Under the pieces are notes generated by a model. That model did not search any database and was not told where the DNA came from. It saw only the letters and a program-made list of their open reading frames with translations. Shown here one piece after another: positions 22,701-36,450 of a stretch of 64,000 nt of DNA (positions are counted from its first letter, which is position 1; each line of letters starts with the position of its first letter). The stretch covers positions 33,420,001 to 33,484,000 of the forward strand of contig OZ249436.1 of the NCBI GenBank assembly GCA_965235115.1. The letters are read 5' to 3'. The translations under genes were made by a program, and so were the position numbers. The DNA comes from Laetmonice hystrix (taxonomy: Eukaryota).

Positions 22701-25700
22701 AAGAAACCAACCTTACACCAATGCATTTGTCAATTTCCTTAATTATTCACTTTCAAAAATCTTTTTGGCATTTTTCCGCGAGAAATCTTTAAAAAATGAT
22801 AGAAAATTGGTCATTTCTTTCCGAGTCCTAATTACATAATTAACGCGTCAAATTCGTTAAGGGAACCCCACTTTGGGACAGAGCCATTAAAAGAATTCCA
22901 GGTACAACCAGTTCAACCTAACATTATGGTGGCTACTTTTTGAGTACTGACAAATTACAAAAGTTGCTGACATTTCGCGCACGTTAAAGGGTGGCCGTGG
23001 AGAACGTTATCTACGGTATTCAAGGGTAAAAATATTAACCTGGAGCGGGTACCATCCAGCATACGTATCACCCCCACGTAAACCGTGCACCCCAAACCCC
23101 CTCCCTCTCCCCCCACACCCACACAACACAGTATTGTCTGTCATACTTATCCTACCACAACTGCTCACGCCCAACCTTATCTGCCATCCCCACGGCGACG
23201 ATAGTTTAATTACACGAGACACGGGAATTACATACGGATTACCGGGATTACGAGTGCTCCAAGAACACAGCCAGCTTTCTCAACTCGTATTGCGAACCAT
23301 CTGAAGGCGATCTATTGTCTACCTCTGTGTTTGTACACGTGGTAAGCTTTGTGTACGGCAGTACTTGCCTACAGCATCTGGTGATTGGCAGCCTTGCTCT
23401 CAGCGTGGTACAGTCTCTACCTTGATATAATATATTAGTCTTTCTTTTATTTTTTGACTTTGACCATTGCTCAAATTCTCACATTCATCTAACCTGAATA
23501 CCGTAGATAGATGTAGTAGAATCTCAGACATCAATTAATTTGTTTGTCTAATTTGCTAATTGAAAATTTTAAGAAGTACAATGAGTTTTAATGTCGCGGT
23601 TAATTCTTTTTTTTTCTCTTTTTTTTTTTTTGGGGGGGGGGGGGGGTACTAGGGCATAAACCGTACCGGTATAGTAGGCTGGTGGCATGTGGCTATGATG
23701 TGAATATGTGGCTTAGTCGTAAAAAAGTTGCCGAGTGTCTCAGTTGGCACTGGTGAAGCAATAACACTGGCATAGAACGCCTTAGCTTCTAGGCGCCAGG
23801 AATGACATTGGGGGCAATTATCCCTCGTTGTATACAGTGAAACGGACGCATGGTGAGCGCCTGGCACGCCCTTTGCCCCCTGTGTTTGGGAGGTAGGTTT
23901 GGCGCCTGAATCACTTGAAGGCAACAGACAGAATCTCATTTTCACACAGAGATGGGTGGCCAGTCAAAGGTTACATCGTCATTAGAATAACGTTGGAGTG
24001 GTGTCTGTTGGGAGATTTGGCCGGGGTTTGATGAGGTGGTTGTCAATCACATCCTTTAGAAACGCCCCGCAGTAACTACTGTTCTCTTTCCTCTTGAGGA
24101 TAGTGTGTGGTTCTTACTCATGTGGGACGGCAATGATCTCTGCCTTCAAGTACAAAGGTTTTCAATGCGCATTTCAATGAATTTTAATAGTATAGACGTG
24201 AGATCTGGGCCCAGCTTTTCAAAAATTCTCAGATAGAGTAAAGTTTACTGAAGTAAACTAACAGGCTTCTGATCGGCTGACCTAAGCACACCAGACCTTT
24301 AAGAAATTTTACTATTTTTTTTTAGTTCTGTTATCAGAAATTCATGAACTGAAGTAAACAAAAGGAAAGCTCGTTTTCAAAGTACAGACTGACAGTCAGA
24401 TGACGCGCATATGATGTTGACTGTCACTCCAACAGTTACCAACAGGTCAATAGACAGCTGATGGGTCAAATCCAGATATGACAATCAATCGTGTTGTGGC
24501 TTTCAGTTTGTTTAAAAAAGGGGGCGTATGTTTATAACGCACATGTTGTAATGTGTATGTACACATACGTCGATCGCAGGACCAGAGTTTGTTGTGAGAA
24601 GTAGTTGTTATGTTTGAGCTGCCTCAACATGTCGTCTCGGTTAAAATTATTGTTACGGGCTTTAGGCAAACCAAGTAAAAAGTCCTTAAAAGATGCATCT
24701 AAAGGGGAAAGGAAGCGATCGCAATGCTCTTGTGGTGTCTGCGTGGATCGGACAGTTTGTTAAAGGGTCTTTTGTCTTCAAACTCGCTCGATGACTGTAC
24801 TACGAGAAACCACTGGGTATCTGTGGTCCGGAACACAAGCCACCAATATGTATGAATTATTCACAGCCTGGGCGCCTTGATTGGGGAAATGTTGTCGGAC
24901 ATCAATCATCGCCTGTTACGACATCCGATCTGAATCCGGTCTCTAATGGTAGATTCCAGCACTGTCCCACTAATGGTTTCTCAAGATGCACGAATTGTCT
25001 GTCTAACTAGTTGTTGTATCGAGGACAAATAGCAAAATCAGAGTGTTCGTGACAAGCAATTAATGATACGTTTTTCTTTTCTAGCCAAATTTATTTGATT
25101 GAAATGCAAGTTGTGTACAGATTATTGAGCTAGAGATACAAGTATATCTTTCACATGGGTTTGGTTATATTGTACCAGAGATACATGTACATATGTGTTA
25201 CAACCCGGGTTGGGATTGGGTGTGGGTTATAAATGAAAGTATTTTTCATGGCTAATTTATTTTTTTACTCTCAATGTTCAAGTGCTGTTCAATGACAACT
25301 GACTGTGTTCTTGTCTTTTTATTCCCTGGCGAAAAGGTCGAAGGATATTACTGGCAGAATACCAAAACCTTTATCGTGGCGATCAGGAAGTAAATACAGA
25401 AAATTTCAAAAGAACAGAGAGCCTTACTTTTGATGAGCCTTACTTTTGATTTTAAACCCGTACTGATGTAAAGTACTTCTTGCGGGGGGGGGGGGGGGGG
25501 GGGGGGGCAAGGCACATCCAGTCGATTTTTTTGGGTGTCCGAATGTAGGTTAACCTGTCTTGAGAACAGAATGGTGAGTTGCTCCGCAGATTGCTGGCCG
25601 TCTATGTTATCAATCACTCATGACTGACAGCCAGTCATTCTTCGTTGACACTGCTGTCATCTCATTAAAATATCCGAATCAGAAAACAAGATTTTTTTCT

Positions 25701-26229
25701 TCCGAAAGATGGCCACTTTCTGTTTTTAAAGTACTAATTAAGAGCAAGAAAAATAAAAATTACAATTTGTAGGTCTTCTGATATAGTGACAGGTAAAACT
25801 CCTTGCATGGTCTGCATGAATGTCGGGTCCCTAACCGACCAGCTAATCAGATGTACAAATCTAATCAGTACCGCAAATCTGTATATTTTGGACTATTTCA
25901 AGAGTAACATTCAGAGGGCCAGAGGGACCATTCACTGCAAAAAGTATCAAATAACCTATGTGGTTCTGACAAGAGAAATGCTTATTTTTGTTTAGGTCTA
26001 CAAAACTGGTGTGACGCACTACTTCAGTAACGCCAAAGCCAGGAAGGAGCTGGGTTACGTGCCACTCCTACAGAATGACATGGATTCTGTCGTCAAATGG
26101 TACCTTGACCATGGACATGGACGCAAAAAATCATCGGCTTTCAAGAGAATTTTCATAGATATTCTTTTGGCTGTCGTTTTCGCTGCTTTAATTATGTCGC
26201 TTCTACCAGGAGTGGATACGCTTAGATGA
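13779..26229 (+). CDS. SDR42E1: Short-chain dehydrogenase/reductase 42E member 1-like (3-beta-HSD family), 3' eight exons; 5' exons not found in the window
   Basis: GT-AG exons in consistent phase: 13779-13836, 16817-16932, 17313-17471, 17843-17980, 21308-21373, 21617-21680, 21905-21978, 25996-26229. The translation [42 protein letters not shown] (YxxxK)..[60 protein letters not shown] closely matches recalled human SDR42E1. Confidence 0.93.
14917..15174. repeat. 45-bp minisatellite (~6 copies)
   Basis: Unit GATCGACAGCTACAGAAGGTC(C/A)CTTAAATATGGACCTCGTGACCT. Confidence 0.92.
15260..15311. mobile_element. Tiny Tc1/mariner-like MITE remnant
   Basis: TA|CCGGGTGTC...GACACCCTG|TA: short TIRs with TA flanks. 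Confidence 0.45.
16003..16588. repeat. 48-bp minisatellite (~12 copies) with an internal hairpin
   Basis: Unit GTCATAATGTACTTCATGCAGGGCAGTAGCCCTGCTGATTCTGACCTC; contains the GCAGGGC-N4-GCCCTGC stem; intronic in SDR42E1. Confidence 0.95.
17901..18257 (+). repeat. 88-bp tandem repeat (4 copies) made of an SDR42E1 exon 3' end plus its splice donor
   Basis: GCC|GTGAGTATAG donors at 17981, 18069, 18157 and 18245. Confidence 0.95.
21039..21193. mobile_element. Small TIR element (Harbinger-type MITE candidate)
   Basis: AGTGGGGGATCCAGG ... CCTGGATCCCCCACT inverted ends; no clear TSD. Confidence 0.5.
21770..21908 (+). repeat. 46-bp tandem repeat (3 copies) of an SDR42E1 3' splice site
   Basis: CTTGTTT(C/T)AG|CATT acceptors ending at 21812, 21858 and 21904. 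Confidence 0.92.
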
Positions 26230-29200
26230 TCAACTCTATCAGTTACGTATATGAGGGTTATTTTTGTACCGGTATTTTTGTAAGCAATTATTTCATCGAC
26301 AGTCAACTGTGATGTGTAGAAATCATATAGAAATAAAGTATGATACTGATTTTGACGAGATTTGGTCATGTATATGTAAGACAATATCTAAAAAATATTA
26401 CAAGATGGACTCCCCCCCCCCCTCTTTCAGAAGAATTAATGTAAATTTTAGATCGTTAAAGTGAAGGTAAGCTAGCAAAGAATTTTCACAACGGCATTCT
26501 TAAAATATATTTGTATGATACTTGGGAATGCTGCCACTATTTCCTGGAGAAAATCGCGAGCAAAATCAGATACTTTCCATTGAACTGAAAAAGACGATCG
26601 TCTTTTAGCCGGTTTCTTTTGCTTTTTAGGTCATAAATCACAGGAATTACCTTATTTGTTGGTAAAAGATATATTTTCTTCAATATGTTGGCAATCAACC
26701 AGGTGGACGTATTAAGAGGTAGAAGATTGATAGAGTGCCGTTATTATAATCATAGTGTGCAGACAGCATACTACCAGCCCAGGATTTAGACAATATCCAG
26801 AACTCGGTAATCTAACCGTGTCAGAAACGTGATATTCATCCATACGTTCGTTTTCACCAATAAGAAAGTTTCTGAGAAAGTATTATTTTGAAACGCAAAA
26901 TGTACATAATTAATTACCATTTGTTTATTGTCGGATAAGATTTCCAGCAATGAATCACAGGTCCAATTATAGTAAAGCCATTACTTGATATGCCATTTCA
27001 GCTTAAAACTGCGACTAATAAGATTTTGATATATGCAATATGGTACAGTTAAATAACAAATGAATAATTACAATTCTAGTAAGTCTCTTTCAAAACAACA
27101 GATGTTAGAATATGGACTTGTACTTTATTCGAATCATTTGAAAGCGTGATACAAATGAATCTTCCAAGCAGCAAATTAAGAGTCCTGTACATGTATGAAA
27201 GAAGATTGAATGAAGGCAGACTTGTAATCTTTGTAAGAAAACCTCTAAAACAGCTTTCTCAAAGTTGCTGCTAGGGAATCCGGATTTCTACATCCTTATT
27301 ATTCAATATACTTCGTGTAATATATGACATGGTATACGTAATCAGTGTCTTGTGAGTGCTAGATCTTTCAAAAATAAACAGGTTAGTAACAGATGTACCA
27401 TACCCAAAATTTGGTATAAGAATCTATATATACCCCGGTATATACAAGCATTGCTCAACTGCTCCTCTAAGGATTGTATACGGGTACTTTTAATTTAATA
27501 AATAACAGCAAAGTGTTGCTTCTTGTTGTGCACATAATCAAAACAAAAATCCATATCCAAAAATATAAATATTCCATGAGACTATGTATAAACCCTTTCC
27601 GAAAGAGTGGAGGAAATATTGCACTACCCTAAGAAAATTGCACCAAAAAACGCATCCCTATCTATTTTCTTAAATCCTTATACACGTATACAAAATTATT
27701 TCAATTTCCACCTTAATTCTAAGTATAGACTAACACTATAGGTTTCAGGGATAGTTTGTGAGTAGTGGATACTGGGAGTTTCCCTTAATTCAGACCGGGT
27801 GCTCAACGATATGAGTTTTATATGTCGGATAATGTCCATTGTGGTAAGGCGCTTTCACTGAGACACAAGACCATTCCTACAAAATAATACTGGGGTAATA
27901 ATTTCTTTCCGACAGTAGCAGTAATACCCAAACGTCCGTCAAATAAGAAGCCGAGTTTATAACAACAAAGTTTATAACCCAATGTTTCAAGAACAAGTAC
28001 AAGTAGTATATACCCTGTAATACAGTTTAAACTACCCCGGTAGTTAAATTGAAAGGCTCGATCGCTTTACACTGAACACGGTACAGATTCGAGGTGAACT
28101 AAATATTAGACTACATAACTGGTGTTCAAGTCGGTATCCAGTCTGCAAGGAAACGACCTGAATCACAGTGGTTCAGCTTCAACAACTGATGCTGTAAGAT
28201 TTTTATCACGTAAAGAGTATAAATATCTCAGCTACTCCAGACACTTAGGGCCTATTCTACTGACATTACTACATGGACTCAAGGGAAATAAGACGCAGGA
28301 ATTAGCACTTAACTTTTGAAGACAATTCTACGTTCCCATCATCGTTCAATAGGTGGTGCCAGAAATATTAAATTTACTGCTAAAGTTATACACTGGTACG
28401 GCACAATAGACCAGTTGACGTAATATGTTTCTGTAGCAGTGGCTGCTAATCCTGCAAGTTCATATTAGCAAATCTAATGAATATGTGTTCAAAGTGCTCT
28501 ATTCTACAGTGACTGAAGCGAGATCGACTGGAATTGAACGATATCATTGGTTCCTCTAATTCCCACCAGGTTTCCCCCCTAGCATGAGTCGATCACTCGT
28601 CATGGGCGTCAAATAGTAAGAAGCATGGTTAGTGTTTGACCTAATTAATAATACACTATTTCTAGGCTAGATGTTAGCCCCAAGTAGATCTATGCGACCT
28701 TAAGCATGTATTTGAAAGATTTTAGAGTGGGGGGTAACTGCCATACTCCATATCAACGAGTGCCGATGCCCATGCACGGGTCAGGTTTTTGTCTCTATTC
28801 GTACACATTCATTCTCAATTCTGGGTAGAATCATGCATACATAAAAAGTTCTGCTGTTTTAACAGCTTTAATTTTATGACGATAGTGTCTTACTCTTAAC
28901 CATTGGTATATGATGACATTATAGCAATATTTGGTAGATTTGTAAGGTAATGGTGTTCCATCTCTGGACTCGCTACAAATTGACGAAATCTTCATTCCAA
29001 GCAATCAGATTCAGAATTACTACTCCCTGAAAGACCCTGCCCCTGTGTTATGGCTGGGATTGTTTCGGTATTGGTTTCTTGACTTCCAGGAGGTAGGTAT
29101 TGGTTCACCAAACATTGCAGCCACTGGTTTGAACTTCCCATCACGTTTTCTTTCATCCCTTTATGTTTGAATCTCATAATGGATGGGGAAGTCTTCATCG

Positions 29201-29481
29201 GCACTATCGTCTGACTGAAATGGAATGCATTCAATATTACCAACATACTGCTACAGTAGTACAACTTTCCTGCATATATGTAAGTAGACCTGTAGCTAAG
29301 GAAATGTGTTTTTCAGACGAAAATGACCGTTCATTTTGGCATTGCTGTACTTTTCTGTCCTTAACCATTGATGGTGCTGCCACCTGGAGTATAAAGCTGT
29401 AAATACACTAGGGTGGGGTCATTTCTGTGACCAGCTCCTTATTCGTTTACTTTGTTTATTTTAAATGCCACGTACCGAATG

Positions 29482-32400
29482 TCAGATTCTGTCATAGCCT
29501 TTCTGCTTGTCGGTAACTTCCCATTCAACAACAGAGAACGTCATCGAGCCAACTGTGCCAAGGACGACTAGAATCAATAACTGCCACTGGAGCGTCAGGT
29601 GGTTGGAGTAAAAAAAACCAGCTGCTGCAGTCAGTGACTGAAACGTGAAGGAAATTCGTCAGTTTTTACGAGTCACAGCGACTTCATACTCTGAGTCCAG
29701 AGTGTTACCTATACATGTGTGTTTAAGGAATGCAGTAGGGAATGCCTCACCATGTGCATCAGCTCTCATCATAAAAAAAACACTTTCTTTTCATTGACTT
29801 ATATTGGCCGCTGGCTGGGAATTCTATCTCTTTATTTAAAGGCAATGCTTAACACATAAAAATGGTAAAGCTTCGAGTATTACAGTCATAAAATAAAAAA
29901 ATATAATAATTTAGCATCCAATTATTGCATCCAAAGACATGTATGCAAACTTTAAATTCGGCAAAGTTCCTTAGCAAACTTACCTGAATAAATTTAAAAA
30001 GAGCAAATGCTGGGGCACTCTCATTCTCATATGCCATTCCCAGGAGGGAATAAACCTGAAATGTTCAAATAAATGTTTCAATTTGTACATCAATCATGAT
30101 TCTTTACAGTTCTTTTTTCAATGAGCTTCTAAATTTCTTTTTAACAAATGTTTTAAGAAACAACATCCATTAAGGTACTTAGATTTTTCAATATAAACTT
30201 AAATAATAAATGATTGTAAGGTCAATGCATCTTACTTGTGTATTAAAGCTGCTGTCACCAAGTCCAAGGAGAAATGCACACAGAATGGCCAAGTATTTGC
30301 TGGAAACAAGAAGAAAGACTACCATCTCTTACTATTTTTGAGAGCAAAATTACATAGTCTTGTTTTTATCTCAGTTATCTATTATGAGTGAAAGATCAGA
30401 AATGTTTTTGACTGATTTTGTCAACATTTAGCTGTCCCCACACCTGTGTGCAGTGGGGGGCATTACTGATTACTGACACCCCACTGTTAAATAAGTCGAT
30501 TTTTTAATAGGAAAAGTAACTTTTACTGTCTGGCAAGCCAGTGTCACAAACGGCTTGCACCCCAAAACTTTTGCTTACTTTGCGGTGATGTAAGTCCCGC
30601 TGGAGTCTTTAATTGGCGAGTCCATGGGTTGATTAATGAATATGAGGTAGAAACACAGCATGTGGACGACGTATCCAAACATGACTATGGGGTCTCGGCC
30701 ATACTTGTTGGTTTTCTTTCCCATCAGACCAAACAAAGCCCCTCCTGACAAAAATAATATATTCAAAACTTCTATAAATATAAAGTATCTTTAGCACATA
30801 GTTTTGTAGGTCATGTAGATATAATCAGATGGCAGTAACATATTACTTAGAGGAATATTATATTTAAAATAGCTTAAAGCATACAATTCACACATTCTTG
30901 GAATACATTACCTCCCACACTGCAAACTCACCCAAAATCTCGCCAACACCAATAAATATGCCGCAGAGTCCAATTAGTGATTTTGCCTCGTCACCAAAAT
31001 GTTGGTTGTGGCCAACACTAGTACCATAAACTCCACTGAAGAAGGTAAGTTCAAAGCCTGCAACATAAATTCACTTGCCATGGATTTTTTTGGGATCCTT
31101 TAGAAATTCCCTTCTTTTCACATCTATCATATTTTCTTTACACATTTTCATGCCTGGACAAAATATCCCTGGGATTCCATAATAATTACATCTTTGTAAA
31201 GGGCTTATACAATTTAAAATTGTATAAGGCATTACCCTGGCTTTGGGGTAGTATCTGTTGAATATAGCTTTTAAAATCTTATCCAAGTTTATGTGCTATA
31301 CAATCATCAGAGGTGATTACATGCACCAACCTGTGTATGCAAACGTCACGCTTAACAACAGCATACGCTTGGTGACAAATATACGGCCAGACTGGACTGA
31401 AATACAAATTAATAATAGGGATAAAACATTCATTGACAGAGATCACTTATTCAGTAAGTTATTGGCTTCTTTTTTAGAGAAACCTTGCACTGTATTAGAA
31501 AGATACTTACCCAATGCCTGAAGTGGTCCGACATGTGTATGGGAGCTGTAAAAACAGTGGGGTTTTATATGGCAATGCTTGTGTGTGAGGTGTATGCGAT
31601 AACTTTAAAAATATGGTAAAAGAGAACTGTCTTTGCTGTGTTCCCTGCAGTAAATGTTTTGGGTAAAACTGATGGCACTGAATGATAAAGGTAATACTTG
31701 ATGGGTTATTGTGAACTCACCAGTGACTGCCACCTTGTCCATTCTCAGTATCTGTGCGGGGCTTAGAGCGTAGAATGAGGAACAGGAGCAAGCCAACCAC
31801 ACTTACGACTGTCAGTACTATAAAGACAGTTGTCCTGGATTCAGCTGTTATATTGATCTCTCCTTTAAAAGCAAAATACACATAAAGGTTCCCAAACAGG
31901 AGGCTGAAACAAAAAGAAGGCATCCTTGTAACATATTCAATACATGCCAAAGTGGCTATTTGTGATGATGTTCAAATTTATGGACAGAATAACTTTTTTA
32001 AGCCATTTTCTGTTTCCTTTTGGTAAAAAACTGCAAATATTAGGGAGGGGGCCTACTACAAGACAATATAGATTTCATGACTACACAGATTACAAGTTTA
32101 CCAGTACCTGCATTGAAGAAGAGCCCAAAATATTCCACTGTTACGTCCCACTGTGTCCAAGTCAGAGTTGATTGTGAGAAAGTTTCCCTGTGCTGTCCAT
32201 ATCACTGGGGGAAAAAACATTGTTTATGTGTACTGGAGATTTATGGTAGACAAATTACTAACTATTAGATCAAGAGTATAGAAAAGAAATAACTTTGCAT
32301 GGAACACTTTTCTTCTGGACATGCAATGGTCATTCCCATATAATTTATCTACTGTTAACTGCAAAATTCTATCTTAAACTACTAAAATTTAGTTTAGTTG

Positions 32401-35400
32401 ATTGCGGATTGGAATGTGTTGTTCTCAAGTGTACTTGCACTTAAGTCCTGTTCTTCATTACAAAGGTAACACAAAAGAAGAGTTTTTTACCTGCTGCACC
32501 TATTCCAACAAGAACAGAGCCAAGGTAGAGGGCCCATGTCATTGGCTTCAGAAAGGAGGCTATGAATACACTGAAATATACCATAATATAGTACCTAATA
32601 AAGTTGAGCCTTAAAAAAGAACTTGCAGAGCCGAAACTTTGCTCATTTGCAGTAATAAAAAAATTAACTTTATTAAACAAGTTCCTCCTTTTGAGCTGGT
32701 GAGAAACTTCTTATGTTCTAACAAAGATTAGTAGACCTTGGTACACCTTTAGTATACTGAAATCTCTACAAAAACCTTGCTGCCAAGCCCGTGCTGCACG
32801 GGACGACTGATCAGGCGATGTGCCCTGCTCACCTTTTATACCCATTTGTTATGCATAAATATTCCTACGCTCCATAAGTGAATTGACCTTTACCTATGAA
32901 CTGCCTTGACCCTTATGCTCCAAATTTATACCAACATAAACGTTTATCTCTACTATTTATTTACAAATTAACAATACCCCTAGTGAAAGAATGCCATTTT
33001 TCAAAGACTTTCCAGCTGCTTAAAAAAAAAGAGGCAAATTTTTCATATAAACTCGACTTCAAAAGAAGTTGTAATGTGACAAAATTAATATCTGGACTAG
33101 TATTGCATGACTCGTGCATGAATACATGTCTTCACTTCAACATACTTGTATCAGTAATCATAGATTCCAGATATCCTGCATCTGATAAAAATAAGGTAAT
33201 TTTATTACACTAGCAAGATGTGGCACTAATACCTGAATAAGACTTGGTGAAAGTTTTCTGTAAAAAGTAAAGCCTGCTACTTACCAATAGAATAAAGCTC
33301 CAATCATCAAGGAGATCTTGGGTCCACATACACTAACAACAGAAGGTGCTCCCCAGTTGGCCACCGAGAACACGCCATATATGATAGCCAGGCTGCAATG
33401 TTAATTTACACAAGCTACTGGTGTCAATGTTCATGTCGACAATGTAGGATTCTGAAAATTGATTTTCAATGTTTATATCCGGTTGACCTTAGTTGTAGGT
33501 CAAGGGTCGGCAGTGTCATGAGTTATGAGTGCCCCCAAACTTCGCGCACCATGACGTTACAAATGCTTTTCCTATGGCCAGAGAGCTTTTGACTGATTTG
33601 ATGGCACTGGGGCGAGATGAATAAAAATTGAGAGCAGCTGACTAAATCTTGTTTCTGGACAGTTTGGAGGTTGTCAGTCAGAAAAAGAACTAAAGAATTT
33701 AGGTCATATAGCAAAGATATCTACCAGGCAACAGCTGCAAGGTGCATAAACGGAAGTGCCCAAAGTTAGGGTAGGGCCTATGGGCGAAGTTAGGGTACAA
33801 AAGGGTATATTACCTAGTGTAACCATTTCCACTGAATGTTGAATTTGATTCTTCTACGGCACTCTCCAAGACACTCTCCTGATATGAAACAACATAATTT
33901 ATTTCAATTATTCATTTGTACAGAGCTAACATTTAATCCATTGCAACATCAATATCCACATTCAAACACACAAACAAAATTTAAAACAAGATTTAAACGA
34001 TGGCTGTGCTTATTCTGCCGGCATATGGATGGGTCATGTGACTGCAATACATGGGTCTGTTCCACTAACGAAAGACGTCTATGAAAGAGGTCTCTGCAGG
34101 GCCAATGTTAAAGAATAGGTTAGTGGAACACCCGTCACTGCAAAGACCTCTTTGGGCTCAGCGACCATTTCAATGACGTTTTTCAGGCTTAGTGGAATGC
34201 AACCCTGCTGGATTCTTATTGGATGAATGAAGTCTGATGGTAGAATAGCGGATTTAGTGCCCAATTTAATATTATTAACAACAATTTTGGGACTAAAGTA
34301 AACTAACAGTAACACTATCCCTAGCCCTAACCTTAACCCTAACCCAAACATATTGTGTCGGTATCTAATAAGTCAAACTAATTTACTTATTCTGCCGTCT
34401 GACGGCAGAATAACAACTCGTCCACTGCAAAGCCGTAACGTTAGCGTAGGGTAGCCGTCGCCTACGGCCTAGTCCGAGAGACTCTGACTCTTCGTTCCGG
34501 AGTGGGATAGAGCCTCTCGATCTAGCCGTCGCCTAGCCGGTAACAAGACATGTCCGCCCGTAGCCATGTCCGCCCCCCGGGATGTCCCCCTTCATCATGT
34601 CCGGCCCTCGCCGCTCTGCTCAAGAGGCGCCCGGCAAGGGACACGTTACCTACGAGGTGGCTCTCATTTGTTGGGCACTTAGCGATTACAATAGGGCGTT
34701 TAAGTATGTCACGAGAATTCAAGAGATTTCGCGTTAGCGGGACAAGGAGCAAATAGCCTCGCTGGTTTAACATTGCGATAGGAACAGTGACAGTCAATTT
34801 TGAAATATTTTCATTCTGCAGCCAAGTCGCTGTCAATGTTGAGCGTTACAATACATGATTACCGGGATGTTTACTCTAGGATAAAGTTTGTTTTATAGTT
34901 TAGAAAGTTAGATTGTGAATATACAGGCTGGTTTTTGTGAACCTGTCGGCCCTGTCAATGTTAATCCTATAGGAAATTTTTTGACGTCACAATTGCTTGG
35001 CGCACTTTCGGCGCTACCGGGAGCTGGTTTGAGGCTATTTAACGTCATTTGCATATCCAGGTCACGAGACTTAAACCCCCTATAGTTGATCTAGAGTTGT
35101 TGATACACTCCTCTAACTCAGTAGACTGTCCTAGTGAATGCCAGTGAAAACGTCCCAATGCAAGGACGTCCCTAAGTGAAAACGTCCCCAACCACCACCG
35201 GTCATATGTCCGCCCCTCGGCATGCTCCCGCTGATCCACTGGTTGGAAAATGTATTCCATGAAAAGAATGATTTTACTTTGGGCCATACTCTGTACTTTC
35301 GAAGGCCAATGTCTTGAAATGTGTTCCGCGAGGAGGTAGGGAAGGGAGAGGAGGCTTGGGTATGCCGGGAACACGGGCGGCAGGGTGGGGCAGACACGAC

Positions 35401-36074
35401 CGGGCGGATTTTGCGAGGGGTGGACATGTTGGGCATTCTCTCAATCTAATATAACTTTATAAGGCCTGTAACAAGGTATCACACTAACATGTAACAAACA
35501 ATTCACAAATAGAGTCTATGATATAGGCCTATAGGAACAATACATAGGCCTAATACCAATGGGGACGTTTCACCTTGGGGACGTTTTCACTTAGGGACGT
35601 CTTTGGTTGGGGACGTTTTCACCTGACACCGTCCTAGTCACGTTGACGGCTTTTCCGTGGTCCCACGGGCGGCACGGTGGGCAGAGTCGAGTGTCTATCA
35701 CAGAGGCACGGCGGGCGGGCGGGCATAGTACCAAGGGGCGGACATGACCGGGCGGACATGGAGACGGGCGGACATGTCGTGTATTCGCCTAGCCTAAGTT
35801 AACTGTGACTGTCTACACTGTGTGACTACAGACTACGTCCAGACACCGTTTGAGTTAGGCCTAGTGAGTTACTGAGTTAGGCGTAAATAAATAATAGTCT
35901 AGCCGTGAACCATACCTCAACCATAGCACATGTCTGAAACGCTGTGAACAAAAACATAAATGCTAATCCAATGGCGATGATGTTGAACAATCGCCAGTCA
36001 CGGCCACCGCTGGCCCTTGCCATGGCCACTGCCACTGGTGTGGGTTCTTGCTGTGTCTCTGCCTCATCCTCCAT
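29482..36074 (-). CDS. MFSD11: UNC93-like MFS transporter MFSD11 (13 exons, 458 aa)
   Basis: Exons (minus strand): 35916-36074, 33814-33878, 33285-33392, 32491-32570, 32108-32204, 31721-31903, 31511-31545, 31331-31396, 30932-31057, 30579-30744, 30236-30299, 29984-30055, 29482-29637, all GT-AG and in phase. Motifs LFNIIAIGLAFMFLFTAFQTC, WTAQGNFLTINSD, GRNSGIFWALLQ, ELTFFSGVYGT, LLGLGDSSFNTQ and SAPAFALFKFIQS match recalled human MFSD11. Confidence 0.96.
33492..33797. repeat. Dispersed repeat, copy 1 (second copy at ~48537-48825)
   Basis: GTTGTAGGTCAAGGGTCG...TTACAAATGCTTTTCCTATGG...CAGCTGACTAAATCTTGTTT...AAGTTAGGGTA shared with the 48.5-kb copy in the same orientation. Confidence 0.85.
34539..35786. 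mobile_element. Non-autonomous MULE-like element (outer) in MFSD11 intron 1
   Basis: Ends GGTAACAAGACATGTCCGCCCG and (reverse complement) GAATACACGACATGTCCGCCCG; subterminal CATGTCCGCCC repeats; 8-bp TSD GCCTAGCC at 34531-34538 and 35787-35794. Confidence 0.85.
35136..35630. mobile_element. Non-autonomous MULE-like element (inner, nested)
   Basis: Ends GAATGCCAGTGAAAACGTCCC and (reverse complement) GGTGTCAGGTGAAAACGTCCCC; repeated GAAAACGTCCC; 8-bp TSD GTCCTAGT at 35128-35135 and 35631-35638. Confidence 0.85.
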
Positions 36075-36450
36075 CTTGTCCGGTACGGATACCGAGTCAC
36101 ATGATCGCTATCGACTTCGCTGGTGCCCGCCCCACGGAAAAAATTGGCGCGGGACCAGAAAGGTTGGCGGAATCACCCGAATGGATCCAAAATGGAAATA
36201 AAAGAAATCTTTTTGAAAAATACAATTTTATCGGGGTTATTTAGTGCTCTAATAACAGAAATATGTAGAAAAAGATGGATATTAGCCTAGGTCTACACGA
36301 TTTCATTACGTCAACGAGAATTAATTTATAGTGTCACGTGGTTTCCGACGAGTTAATTCGGCGCCATTTCAGAGAGTCTTGCAAACCATTGCAGGATTTC
36401 AGCTCAGAAGTTAGACAAACTCAGGCTGTCAGCAACCGCAAGGCAGAAAT
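36075..36450. promoter_or_regulatory. Bidirectional promoter region MFSD11/SRSF2
   Basis: 376 bp between divergent ATGs; E-box CACGTG at 36335-36340; YY1-like CGCCATTT at 36362-36369. Confidence 0.75.

Noticed and set aside
24600..25020. Possible hAT transposase remnant on the minus strand ([13 protein letters not shown])
   Set aside because: One short loose motif; no TIRs or further conserved blocks found.
34318..34346. Telomere-like CCCTAA run
   Set aside because: Only ~4 degenerate units, typical of repeat interiors; no evidence of a telomere or fusion site.
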